Shown: one piece after another, positions 46,295 to 56,031 of the stretch
How positions within the stretch are numbered: position 1 is the first letter of the stretch
Layout of the letters: each line of letters opens with the position of its first letter
Assembly (NCBI GenBank): GCA_018650085.1
Contig: JABIGQ010000039.1
Span: forward strand, 1 to 56,031
DNA from: Candidatus Magasanikiibacteriota bacterium
Lineage (GTDB): Bacteria > Patescibacteriota > Patescibacteriia > Magasanikbacterales > UBA922
DNA length: 56,031 nucleotides
Reading direction: 5' to 3'
Translations under genes and position numbers: made by a program
Notes under the pieces: generated by a model
What the model saw: only the letters and a program-made list of their open reading frames with translations
What the model was told of the DNA's origin: nothing
Database searches by the model: none

Positions 46295-46852
46295 CTAAAT
46301 CTTATAATCCTTAACAAACTGAGGTTTCGCCATTATCTTTTTACATTTAGGACATTCTGTCATTTCGTTTATGGTCTTATCTTCCCAAGCATCAAAACAA
46401 AGTGGACATTCATACCAAGTTTTTTCTTCATCTAATACTTTTGTTACGTCTTTAAAGATTGGATTATAGTATTCTATGTCCATTAAGTGTTTGTATTTTA
46501 GGAAGATTTTTTGATACTTTTTACTTAATTCTTCGTCTTCTCCATCTGTCATGTTCCAAAGAAAAAAATCATCTGTGAAGTATTCTTGGAAACAGTACTC
46601 TGCTATTTTTTTCACACACCCATCATCATCAATATGTTTTTGCAAATTAAATACAAAATGTCTAGAAATACGATTATCTAAAATATTATATCTATTCATA
46701 TCTACACTCAAAGCACTAGTAGGTGCAATATCAGAAATAAGTAAACGCACTTGATCAATATCAATACTATGATCAACATAAAGATAATTTTCTATACCGT
46801 ACACAACAAAAAACTCCTTTAGGTTTTTATCTGTTTTTCTCCCAATAAACAT
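46295..46852 (-). CDS. hypothetical protein with C-terminal zinc ribbon (CPLC...CPKC)
   Basis: 185-aa ORF, the last gene of the minus-strand string that begins with the RHS toxin. No family recognised. Confidence 0.45.
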   Translation of the reverse strand: MFIGRKTDKNLKEFFVVYGIENYLYVDHSIDIDQVRLLISDIAPTSALSVDMNRYNILDNRISRHFVFNLQKHIDDDGCVKKIAEYCFQEYFTDDFFLWNMTDGEDEELSKKYQKIFLKYKHLMDIEYYNPIFKDVTKVLDEEKTWYECPLCFDAWEDKTINEMTECPKCKKIMAKPQFVKDYKI

Positions 46853-47028
46853 ATAATTAAAATTTAAAACCTGTCTTTCCTAATAAAATGATCTCATTTG
46901 TAATCTTATCTATTACCAAAGACTTTCCACTATTTGGATCAATAATTCTCAATATTTCATTACCTAGATTTAAATAATTAATCCCTTTATGTATCAAGCG
47001 TATACCATTATTAATGGTATTATTTTTT

Positions 47029-47379
47029 TCATTCTTTAAAAGCTTCTACAACAATATTGAATGCATCTAAAGATTTACCTACTAAATATTTTTGTGCAAT
47101 ACTAATTCCATCCTCAGAATCACTAAGTAACTCAAATGTACCTGTCATAACCAGATCATAAGCAGAACTATCACCACTATTTATTAAAGAATCTAACAAG
47201 TCAAAGCAAGACTTCAAAAGTATTTCATCTTTTTTATCAGCTAATTCTTTTATATACGTAGCTAATGCCCCAAAAACCATATATGGCAAATCTATATCCT
47301 CATCGGTATTCCGTGCATACATTTCAAATTCCGGGATAATTTTAAATAATTTTTTAACTATATTTTGATTAGTCATCAT
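47029..47379 (-). CDS. candidate cognate immunity protein of the RHS toxin
   Basis: 116 aa, acidic, predicted helical. Its ATG lies 4 nt after the RHS stop codon, which is the canonical toxin-immunity placement. Confidence 0.55.
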   Translation of the reverse strand: MMTNQNIVKKLFKIIPEFEMYARNTDEDIDLPYMVFGALATYIKELADKKDEILLKSCFDLLDSLINSGDSSAYDLVMTGTFELLSDSEDGISIAQKYLVGKSLDAFNIVVEAFKE

Positions 47380-47383
47380 ACTA

Positions 47384-50300
47384 TTAATTTAATGCATTTA
47401 ATAAATCATTCAATAATTCTTGAGCTATAGATCTATCTGAAACAGATATATTCTCCCTCCCTAAAAATTTTCTCAATGCATTCACTGAATCTTGTCCTTT
47501 TTGTATATGATTACTACCACCTATTAATTCTCCTGTTATTTTCGTATGACGTATTGCATCAGCAGTTCCTCCGTCTCCATACTTTGCAGAACTCCTATAA
47601 TTCCTTTCAATTATACTTCGCAACTTTTGGTGCTGTACTTTTGATAAAAGATTCCCTCTTCTCGTATTCAATAATTTAATATTTGGGTCAACCCTTCTAA
47701 AATCATTAATATCTACATCTAACCCTCTTACTACACTGCCACGAAGAGATCTAGTAGGAACAAAAGGTAATTCACCTCCCATTAAAAATAACATTGCATC
47801 TAATTCCGTAAACTCATCCCCAGAAAACAAATATCTTCCTGTAATAGCTCCATATGCTTCAGATATATCACCTGTTATTGGAAAAGAATCTAATAATACA
47901 TCATAACCTGAATCATACATATCTGAATTTATATACCTAGGTGTAGAATTCATAGATGTAGAATCTGAACCATATCCATAATCAAATCCATAAGAATAAT
48001 TTGCTAGATTAAAATCCTCCCCAATCATCCCCGTAGGATCCACATACTTCAAAGGATTATTCTTCACATACACATACCTATTTCTCGACAAGACATCTCC
48101 ATCTCTACCCATATAAGAGTCTCGTGAAATAAATCTTCCAGTCTTTGGATTGTAATACCTAGCATTATAATAATACAATTCACTCTCAAAATCCTGCTCT
48201 TGGTTAGTGAAAAGATAGTTTGTTGTTTGTGTCCCTTCATACCCTATTGTACCACCAAATGCGTCATATTCATACATTCCTACTATTTCTGAAGATTCAT
48301 CTGTTAGTAGTACTGTACTTCCTAATACATCTGTATGTATATATGTTATTTCATCCTCTGCATCAATCTCTGCAATCATTTCTATGCCGTAAATATTTGT
48401 TTTACTCACAACACCCGCACTATCTAGTTCATTAAGAACTCGAAGTCCATCATTAATATAATAACTCGCTTCATTATTTACGGATTTTTTTATCCTATTT
48501 CCATAGTCATCATACGCAAAACTTACTGTATTTTGACTAGCACTTGGAAGAAAATTTGGTCTGCTATTGTCTGTGTAACTAATCTGAGAAAGCCTGTTTT
48601 CTGCATCCCAAACATAATCTACCGTTTTAAGTGGATCCCCACCTCTAGTATACACTTCTTGCGTAAGACTTCCATTTCCATCATAAACATTTGATACTGC
48701 AAGTGTATTATTTACCGTATAACTTGCTAGTTCATTTGTATTGAGAGCGTAAGTGTAATTTGTCGTGTCTGTATTGTTTACATAAGTTGTCCTATTCCCC
48801 CACTTATCATACGTATACGTCTGATCCACTCCTGCCCCAATAATTGTATAATCTACTGTTTTGAGCTGGTCGAGCGTATCGTATGTATAATCTATTATTC
48901 TAGTATTATTTTCTACTACACGTGTCCTATTATGCTCTGCATCATACGTGTAGTCATGACTCCACACTGTTTCTGCTTGTGGATTTACTATTGTTTGTGT
49001 TTCTAATCGTTGCAAGTCATCATATACATAATTAGTTGTATAATTATTTGCATATGTTAAACTTGCTGGTTTCCCAAAACTAGTATAACCATACGTTGCC
49101 AAAGGCTGCCCAAGATAATTTACTGTTTGGAGAAATCCTCTATTGTTATACGTATATGTTATTGTTTTTCCAGAAGCATCAGTCAAGCTTGCTGGACTTG
49201 AGTCTGTGTTATATGTTCTTGTAATTATTTTTGAATTCTCAGGCAAATCTGAAAATCTTTGTACTTCCTGTGTTTGTCTATTGAGATCATCATACGTATA
49301 GTTAGTTGTCAGCTCTAACGTAACACTTTGCGTATTGTTCCCCCAATTGTCATAAATATATGTTGACTGTGTTTCATCTGAAAATGTTTTTGATACAATT
49401 TGTCCAAGCACATCATACACATATGTAATTGTACTATTTTCTCCATCTACTTTTGTAATAATATTCCCTTCTGCATCATACGTATAATGTTCTGTTTTAT
49501 TTCCTAAACTAGTTACTTGCGTCACTCTATTTAAATCATCATACAGAAAACTAGTCACATGCCCATCTACATTTTCAGACAATCTATTTCCATTATTATC
49601 ATAGGTATATATTGTTTGGGTTCCTTGTACATTGGTTTCACTTGTAAGCTGATCTAATTTATTATACACAAAACTAGTGCTATTTCCTTTTTTATCTATT
49701 CTACTAGTAATATTTCCATGCCCATCATAAACAAGAGTACTCGTATTATTATACGCATCTATTGTATCTGTTTTTCTATGTCCTGTATCATAGATATAAT
49801 CTACGGTTGTATTATCTGCATAGGTAATTCCTGTTTGATTTCCTTGTGCATCATAGGTATATCTCGTAATATTTCCTCCATTATCTTCTTCTGAAATAAG
49901 TCTATTAAATTCATCATAGATATATGTAGTAACCCTGCTTTCTTTATCTGTAACTGTCAAAACATTACCCAGGGCATCATAAGTATAGCTAATACTATTA
50001 CCATAAGCATCTGTTTCTGTTAGCTTTCTTCCTAATTTGTCATAAGTATAACTCACTGTATGAGTATTGTTTAAACCATCTGCCGATTGACGGTCTATCA
50101 TATTTGTCAAATCACCACGTGCATTATATGTAAAAATACTTTCTGTATCATCTGCATAACGAATACGGATTCGTCGCCCTGCTTCATCATAGTCATATGT
50201 TATCGTATTTCCATCACTATTACATAATCCTACATCCATCAAACAACGATCTTGTTTTTCACCAACTCTATTCCCTATTGCGTCATACACATATTCTATA

Positions 50301-53300
50301 TGATGGCCCACTTCATTTTCTTCTTCAACTAATTGGTTATTTGCATTGTATTCAAATACAGTCCTATTCCCATTTGGATCTATTACTCGTATTTGATTTC
50401 CAAAACCATCATACACATATTGTATTGATACAAAATCAATAGCAGTAGAATATGCACGTTCTTCCATTATCTGATTTCGTGCATCATAGATATATACTTT
50501 TTTTCTTCCTTCTATATCTGTTTCTTCTTTGAGGTTTCCTTTTGCATCATAAATATAATCTATTGTCAAAACAGGTGTTATTTTTTGACTGATTCTTCCA
50601 TTATCATCATAGACATAACTTATTTCATTACCATTCGCATCTGTTTCGGTTACTAATCTTCCAAGGTTATCATAATCTTTACTTGTCACAATATCTGCTT
50701 GTGTAAGACCAATTTGTTTTGTCTCAAGCAAACTTGCAGATATATCTGTTGCATATACAAATTCTGTACGTTGATTATTTTCATTTACCCTTGCTGTTCT
50801 GTGTCCTTCTATATCATATTCATATGTTTTTATTCCTCCGAGTGGATTTGTTTCGGTAAGAATATTGTTTTGATTGTCATATGTGTAAGTATATACTTCT
50901 CCCATTGGGTCAGTATAAGTTTCTCTATTTCCAAAGACATCATAAGTATATGTTTTTGTTATAGTTTCTTGTTGATTATCTGCATCTGTTACTGTTTTAC
51001 TTTCTGTTAATCTATAATTTCCATTTACATCGTATGTGTAGGTTATAATGTTACTATTCTTATCTGTGTGAGTAAGTATATTCCCATATTGGTCATAAGT
51101 ATAGCTTTCTGTATTCCCCATTGGGTCAATTACAGATAAAATATTCCCATCTGTTGGGTCTATAGTATAGCTTGTTACTTTCTCATCATAAAGTTCTGCT
51201 TGGACTACCCCGTCTATGATTTCATATACTTGTTCTCGTTTTTCTTGGATTCTATTGAAAGCTCCATAAGTATATGTTATTTTTGTTCTCCAGTTTTCTG
51301 TATTTGGTAATATTGTGCTTACAACTCTTCTATCTGTATCATAAGTATATCCTGTTGTTTTATTGTTTTGGTCTGTTTTGGATATCACCATTCCTTCTGC
51401 ATTTCTTGTTTGGGTTATAGTATTTCCATCGGTATCAAATTGAGCAACTTTTAAATGTTTGTCACTATAACAATATTTCTCTAATGTAAAATTGACTTCA
51501 TCACTATAATTTTTTACAAGTGTACAATAACTATCTCCTGTAACAGCAGGATCTTCTCCTAGATACGCCAATGTCCAAACCAAGCGTTTTTCTCCTACTT
51601 GATCTTTATCTGAATTATATTCATGCTGAACTGTCGTACGCCCTTCTGCATCATATGTATTATATAAAATAGTTCCACGAGCATCAGTATATGTATATAA
51701 TCTATATACATCAGTATCTACATATTTTGCATAAGTAAAACTATCTGTTTTTATTGTTGTTACTCCATCTGTTATAATTGTTTTTCTTACTTCTTTGAGT
51801 ACTGGGATTTCTGAATCTAATGTTTCATAGATATAATCAATTGTTGCACTATTATTTGGGTCTCCTGAATTATATGTAACTTTTGTTACTTTATCCCAAC
51901 GTTTATCATCAGTAATTTCTCCATAGGTAAATGTTATTTCTCGCCCAGAAGAATCTACTACTTGGGTAAGCATATCTACATTTCTTTTTTCTGTATAATT
52001 GAATATTGTCGCATTAGCATTGGTATCTTCAATCCTCTCAAGCAAGCCCATATTGTCTGTGAGCTTTAGAGAATAATAATATTTCATTCCTGATAACTTT
52101 TCTAAAATAAGAAATGTTTCTGTTGCATCATTATATAATTTGTCTGTCTGTCCTGCTGATACATATTTTCCATCAACCATTTCAAATATATTTGCTACTG
52201 TTCCCCCTTTGTATACCACAACTTTTCCGCTTGTTGGGTCTTTATAATAATATTGATTATATGAATATTTCCATCCCAATCCAAAACGAGCATTTTTTAT
52301 AGTTTTACTATTATAATATCTGGTTAAATCTATTGATTCTCCACGACCTGACAATTGTAGGTCTGTCTGTGTTAGTTCAAATGATCCTGTTCTGGCATCT
52401 ACTGGATCTGCTACTGGAGTCATTTCTCCATTTGAATTCTCTTGACTTTGGCTATCGTCTGTTGGATTTACATCAACAATTCCCTCTGTAGTTCCTCCTA
52501 GTCCTTCTTCTAACTCTACTATTCCATCCCCATCATTATCTGCTGTGGTGTGTGTTGGATTAGAAGAACCTGAACCACTTTGAGGAGATTTAGTAGTAAA
52601 ATACCATTGGCTACTAGGAAAATATCCTTCTGCTCCATCATTATCCCGTGCTTTTACTCGCCAATAATACCGTGTTCCATATGATAAATTACTCACACCA
52701 AATACAGAGTTATTATTCCCAATCCATTCTGAATAAAAATCTGTACCAGAAAAATACTGATCTGTACTTATTTCTACAAAATAATCTACAATTGATCCAT
52801 CTGGATCTGAACATCCCCAGTCAAGATTTAATGATAAATTTTGATTTGATGCAGTAATATTAGGGGAAACAATGGTACAACGACTTGGGACTTGATTAAT
52901 GTCTACTTCTATGTATGCTGTATTATTATCTTCATTTAATTCTATAATATTTTCATTATCATCTATCTGAAATAAAATATAGTTACTCCCTAAATAATCC
53001 AGACTTTCTGGCAATGGTAGAGGATTCGATACATCTATATATTCACCAGAAGCTAAAGAACTAATATTTCTTGAATTAAGCGGAAAATCATTATCATCAA
53101 CAACCGTATCTGTAGACAAATAATATTGTAATGTAAATAAATTATTTATATCTCCCCCGCTATTTCTTATACGCACACTCGCTGTCGGCACATCTCCAAC
53201 AATTAATGATACATCCTCAACACTTTGGTCTTCTAAAATTAAATCTGGCAAATCTTGTAAATTAAAATTTACAATTCTTGAAAAAAGAATATCATCCTCA

Positions 53301-55903
53301 TTATAATCATCATTTTGGGCAATCTCTACTAAATCACTATCATATAAATGCATATATGTATCTGGCTCCCCATTTGTAGGACCCGATGTTTGAATCGTCA
53401 CAACACTGCCTGAACGAGAAAAAGATAAGTGATATGTTCCTATTTCTGTATCCCTATAACCTCGTACTTTAATATAATAATTTTTTCCATCATATATAAA
53501 ACGATACCAATCTTCATCTGCTTCTGTAAGATATGAATTATTACGTGTATAACTTGTACTAGAACCAAGATATTCAGCAGAGCCACTTGAATCATTTGGT
53601 TCATATGGATCTAAAATCGGTTCACTAATAGTAACCTCTTCATAGACAACATTATTTTCTTCATTTGACTCCCCTACAACCCCAGCTTTATCTGCACGAA
53701 ATAAAATATAATATGTTCCTGGCCCATTATATGTTGAATCTGCTGCTAAAAAATTTTCAGAAAATGTTATATTTGTATATTCATCATTATAACCTTGAGA
53801 AGACAAAGCATCTACACTATCTGATGCAATAAGATAATCCAATTGATCCCATTGAGTATCTCGAGATAAATAATAGCCCACAGAGGATGCACCACTATCA
53901 TCACTTCCTTGATTAAGAATACGTACATCCAATCGTACTGCGTCTCCTACAGTAATAGCATCATCACTCACATCTCTTGTACTTGGAATCAAATCAATAT
54001 TAGTTTCTGTAAGAAGTACTCTAATATATGGGGCATAATCACCAGCTTCCTCTTGAGCATTAAATACTAATAACCTATCTTTCCAACTTGCAGGAGGAGT
54101 ATTTCCTGATGACCATTCTTCACTAGGCTCTAACAGTACTCCCCAATTTATTTCTCCTCCCTTCCATTGTCTCACTGAATTTGTTATGTCAAAACTTACC
54201 CATCTTTGTGTCTCAGAACTATCGAATGTATCTATTGATTCATTTTCTTTTTCCAAGTGTTCACGAAAATATGGATAAGATAATGATGAAATATTATATG
54301 GCGGCCATGCTTTTGTAACCCGCTTTGCTTCTAAATTAACAACTTGATCACTCCCCTCACCAAAATTGTGATAATACATTTTTAATTGTGCATTATCCAC
54401 ATCTCCTGGAAGATTCATATAATCAGCAGCTGCAGCGACTATAAGATGCCGAGTATAATCATTTACTCCATTTACCAAGCGTCCAGTATATAATCTACCT
54501 TCAAACTCTTCTTCCGCAGAAGGATTTTGTGCCCCCCCATTTACCGCACGAAGATAAAAATCAAATTGATTACAATCCAAATAATATCTTCCACTATAAT
54601 TTTCTTTACATGGATAATATACAGGATCAATAATAACTGGATATACCCGTTCTTTTGCTGTTAAATATGAACCAGGAACTTCCAATCCAATTCTCATTTT
54701 TCTTAACTCATAATCTACTTCTACAATCTGATCCAATCCAATATGAGACAATTCACCATACATTGAAGTATCTTCTTGAGAATCAAACATAATTGCCCCA
54801 GTAATTCTTAACTCACTTTGATCTGGAAAAACAATTCTAACATTTTCATTATTCTGTAAAATTTGCGTACCCTTTATTCTATCTTCTCCTACCAAAACAT
54901 CACTCCCTTTGGGAAATTCATATTCTTCCCAAAACAAAAGTTTATCTTTTAAGGAAATATCTTCTGGCTCTGATTGTATTATTATTTTCCTTTCTCTACT
55001 AAACGCTTTATCATGAAATAACACATCTACATTCGGATACATATTTTTAATTGTAGAAATAGATGTGTTATTTTCTTTTGTATAAGAAACAGTCCCTGAT
55101 ACGGGTTTTTTTATGTAGGAATTTTCATCAACTGAATCAACTTTTTCTAAATTTCCTGCACTAATAGCCACCGAATATCCTTCTTCTGACGTTGGTGTAT
55201 CATACTGATACCCAACATATTTTTCTACAGACTGAAACCTTGACTTATCCGCATCTTGAAATAAACTCCAATCTTTTGAACGAAGAAAAGTTTCACCATT
55301 TTTTTCATCAATTTGCACTGGTCTAGGTGTCTGATAAATATGCCATATTTGATCTCCATTTTCTTTATACGCAACATCACGCACACTATCTACTACATGG
55401 AACTCTAGATCTTCATTCAATTTTTCAACCTTTTCTTCCTCCACAAACAAACTCTTCACTGGTTCAATAATTTCTTCTGTAACAAAATCCACAACTTTAT
55501 CAAAAAAACTTTCTTCTTTAGTTAATTCTTTTGCTTCTTCCTCTTCTACAATAAAGTCAAGCGAATTTGCACCGCTAACTTCTTCAAGTGGCATGAGAAT
55601 TGCTTGCTCTGGTTTAATATCAGATACAGTCGTTGTTGTAAATATAGAAGATTCTTCAGATTGTACAACAACGTCCTCTTCTACTTCTACATCTGTAATA
55701 ATGCTTGTTTCTGTACTTGTCGGCACAGGCTCTACTAAATTTTCTATAGCAATATGTTCAATATCTACACTTTCTTCTTCTACAACAATAATATTATCCA
55801 CAGAAGTACTCGTGGAAATACTCTGCGCAAAAACAGACACAGTAGGGAATAAAGCAAAGTATATACTAAACACTATAAATGTATATTGTTTTATTTTTTT
55901 CAT
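47384..55903 (-). CDS. Sec-signal RHS/YD-repeat polymorphic toxin (2839 aa)
   Basis: Signal peptide MKKIKQYTFIVFSIYFALFPTVSVFAQS. RHS onset ADPVDARTGSFELTQTDLQL...RYYNS. Dozens of YD repeats (YTYDxxGN). Core end YYNARYYNPKTGRFISRDSY...NPLKYVDPTGM at 48026..48040. A 213-aa C-terminal extension follows. Confidence 0.9.
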   Translation of the reverse strand: MKKIKQYTFIVFSIYFALFPTVSVFAQSISTSTSVDNIIVVEEESVDIEHIAIENLVEPVPTSTETSIITDVEVEEDVVVQSEESSIFTTTTVSDIKPEQAILMPLEEVSGANSLDFIVEEEEAKELTKEESFFDKVVDFVTEEIIEPVKSLFVEEEKVEKLNEDLEFHVVDSVRDVAYKENGDQIWHIYQTPRPVQIDEKNGETFLRSKDWSLFQDADKSRFQSVEKYVGYQYDTPTSEEGYSVAISAGNLEKVDSVDENSYIKKPVSGTVSYTKENNTSISTIKNMYPNVDVLFHDKAFSRERKIIIQSEPEDISLKDKLLFWEEYEFPKGSDVLVGEDRIKGTQILQNNENVRIVFPDQSELRITGAIMFDSQEDTSMYGELSHIGLDQIVEVDYELRKMRIGLEVPGSYLTAKERVYPVIIDPVYYPCKENYSGRYYLDCNQFDFYLRAVNGGAQNPSAEEEFEGRLYTGRLVNGVNDYTRHLIVAAAADYMNLPGDVDNAQLKMYYHNFGEGSDQVVNLEAKRVTKAWPPYNISSLSYPYFREHLEKENESIDTFDSSETQRWVSFDITNSVRQWKGGEINWGVLLEPSEEWSSGNTPPASWKDRLLVFNAQEEAGDYAPYIRVLLTETNIDLIPSTRDVSDDAITVGDAVRLDVRILNQGSDDSGASSVGYYLSRDTQWDQLDYLIASDSVDALSSQGYNDEYTNITFSENFLAADSTYNGPGTYYILFRADKAGVVGESNEENNVVYEEVTISEPILDPYEPNDSSGSAEYLGSSTSYTRNNSYLTEADEDWYRFIYDGKNYYIKVRGYRDTEIGTYHLSFSRSGSVVTIQTSGPTNGEPDTYMHLYDSDLVEIAQNDDYNEDDILFSRIVNFNLQDLPDLILEDQSVEDVSLIVGDVPTASVRIRNSGGDINNLFTLQYYLSTDTVVDDNDFPLNSRNISSLASGEYIDVSNPLPLPESLDYLGSNYILFQIDDNENIIELNEDNNTAYIEVDINQVPSRCTIVSPNITASNQNLSLNLDWGCSDPDGSIVDYFVEISTDQYFSGTDFYSEWIGNNNSVFGVSNLSYGTRYYWRVKARDNDGAEGYFPSSQWYFTTKSPQSGSGSSNPTHTTADNDGDGIVELEEGLGGTTEGIVDVNPTDDSQSQENSNGEMTPVADPVDARTGSFELTQTDLQLSGRGESIDLTRYYNSKTIKNARFGLGWKYSYNQYYYKDPTSGKVVVYKGGTVANIFEMVDGKYVSAGQTDKLYNDATETFLILEKLSGMKYYYSLKLTDNMGLLERIEDTNANATIFNYTEKRNVDMLTQVVDSSGREITFTYGEITDDKRWDKVTKVTYNSGDPNNSATIDYIYETLDSEIPVLKEVRKTIITDGVTTIKTDSFTYAKYVDTDVYRLYTYTDARGTILYNTYDAEGRTTVQHEYNSDKDQVGEKRLVWTLAYLGEDPAVTGDSYCTLVKNYSDEVNFTLEKYCYSDKHLKVAQFDTDGNTITQTRNAEGMVISKTDQNNKTTGYTYDTDRRVVSTILPNTENWRTKITYTYGAFNRIQEKREQVYEIIDGVVQAELYDEKVTSYTIDPTDGNILSVIDPMGNTESYTYDQYGNILTHTDKNSNIITYTYDVNGNYRLTESKTVTDADNQQETITKTYTYDVFGNRETYTDPMGEVYTYTYDNQNNILTETNPLGGIKTYEYDIEGHRTARVNENNQRTEFVYATDISASLLETKQIGLTQADIVTSKDYDNLGRLVTETDANGNEISYVYDDNGRISQKITPVLTIDYIYDAKGNLKEETDIEGRKKVYIYDARNQIMEERAYSTAIDFVSIQYVYDGFGNQIRVIDPNGNRTVFEYNANNQLVEEENEVGHHIEYVYDAIGNRVGEKQDRCLMDVGLCNSDGNTITYDYDEAGRRIRIRYADDTESIFTYNARGDLTNMIDRQSADGLNNTHTVSYTYDKLGRKLTETDAYGNSISYTYDALGNVLTVTDKESRVTTYIYDEFNRLISEEDNGGNITRYTYDAQGNQTGITYADNTTVDYIYDTGHRKTDTIDAYNNTSTLVYDGHGNITSRIDKKGNSTSFVYNKLDQLTSETNVQGTQTIYTYDNNGNRLSENVDGHVTSFLYDDLNRVTQVTSLGNKTEHYTYDAEGNIITKVDGENSTITYVYDVLGQIVSKTFSDETQSTYIYDNWGNNTQSVTLELTTNYTYDDLNRQTQEVQRFSDLPENSKIITRTYNTDSSPASLTDASGKTITYTYNNRGFLQTVNYLGQPLATYGYTSFGKPASLTYANNYTTNYVYDDLQRLETQTIVNPQAETVWSHDYTYDAEHNRTRVVENNTRIIDYTYDTLDQLKTVDYTIIGAGVDQTYTYDKWGNRTTYVNNTDTTNYTYALNTNELASYTVNNTLAVSNVYDGNGSLTQEVYTRGGDPLKTVDYVWDAENRLSQISYTDNSRPNFLPSASQNTVSFAYDDYGNRIKKSVNNEASYYINDGLRVLNELDSAGVVSKTNIYGIEMIAEIDAEDEITYIHTDVLGSTVLLTDESSEIVGMYEYDAFGGTIGYEGTQTTNYLFTNQEQDFESELYYYNARYYNPKTGRFISRDSYMGRDGDVLSRNRYVYVKNNPLKYVDPTGMIGEDFNLANYSYGFDYGYGSDSTSMNSTPRYINSDMYDSGYDVLLDSFPITGDISEAYGAITGRYLFSGDEFTELDAMLFLMGGELPFVPTRSLRGSVVRGLDVDINDFRRVDPNIKLLNTRRGNLLSKVQHQKLRSIIERNYRSSAKYGDGGTADAIRHTKITGELIGGSNHIQKGQDSVNALRKFLGRENISVSDRSIAQELLNDLLNALN

Positions 55904-55925
55904 AATAATTTTTTAATATATAAAC

Positions 55926-56031
55926 TTATTCAACTACTGATTCTATAAAGACATTATCCACCCACAGCTCACCATTTCCTACAAACTCATGATGAGGGGC
56001 TTCATATATTTGTCCTTCATATTCAATTTCC
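55926..56031 (-). CDS. 3' end of an upstream ORF (5' part outside the window)
   Basis: My translation gives ...EIEYEGQIYEAPHHEFVGNGELWVDNVFIESVVE*. The stop TAA at 55926..55928 lies 22 nt before the RHS start. Confidence 0.4.
   Translation of the reverse strand, partial: EIEYEGQIYEAPHHEFVGNGELWVDNVFIESVVE

Noticed and set aside
47476-52857. Several 60-100 aa + strand ORFs inside the RHS gene, and similar antisense ORFs inside most long genes in the window.
   Set aside because: They are antisense shadows of a continuous 2839-codon frame with unmistakable YD repeats. Their products are Leu/Phe/Ile/His-rich low-complexity sequence.

Overview
AT-rich, tightly packed bacterial chromosome segment. 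GC is roughly one third by eye. Genes are short, abut or overlap, and mostly lack a Shine-Dalgarno sequence. TGA is used as a stop. Gene content and style resemble a Patescibacteria/CPR-like organism with a Gram-positive-type wall toolkit (MreB, MurF, two FemAB, FtsQ, PBP5-like, M23). About 1..31.4 kb and 32.7..44.0 kb are housekeeping: def, priA, rsmI, mreB, holB, frr, dtd, glyQS, tpiA, tRNA-Thr/Tyr, serS, lysS, greA, a dcw-like wall cluster and envelope glycosyltransferases. Three stretches stand out. (1) 44.1..56.0 kb is an accessory island. It holds a GC-richer, SD-bearing two-gene operon (SAM-methyltransferase-like protein plus DUF1848 Cys-cluster protein). It also holds a Sec-signal 2839-aa RHS/YD polymorphic toxin with an unassigned C-terminal toxin domain, a tightly coupled candidate immunity gene and further small downstream ORFs. 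(2) 31.46..32.69 kb is a 1.2 kb gap with no convincing long ORF between convergent genes. It contains a duplicated 56-60 nt structured element, GC-rich hairpins, a perfect 15-bp hairpin, recurring TGTCGCA boxes and small Cys-containing ORFs on both strands. I could not match it to any RNA family I know. (3) Smaller oddities: a T-box-like antiterminator/terminator leader in front of glyQS without a canonical Stem I, a 42-bp direct repeat of a gene 3' end bracketing a single HD-hydrolase gene, a PriA with degenerate ATPase motifs, a MurF with a membrane N-terminus, and an RdgB-Nudix fusion. All family assignments come from motif recognition by eye. No searches were run.
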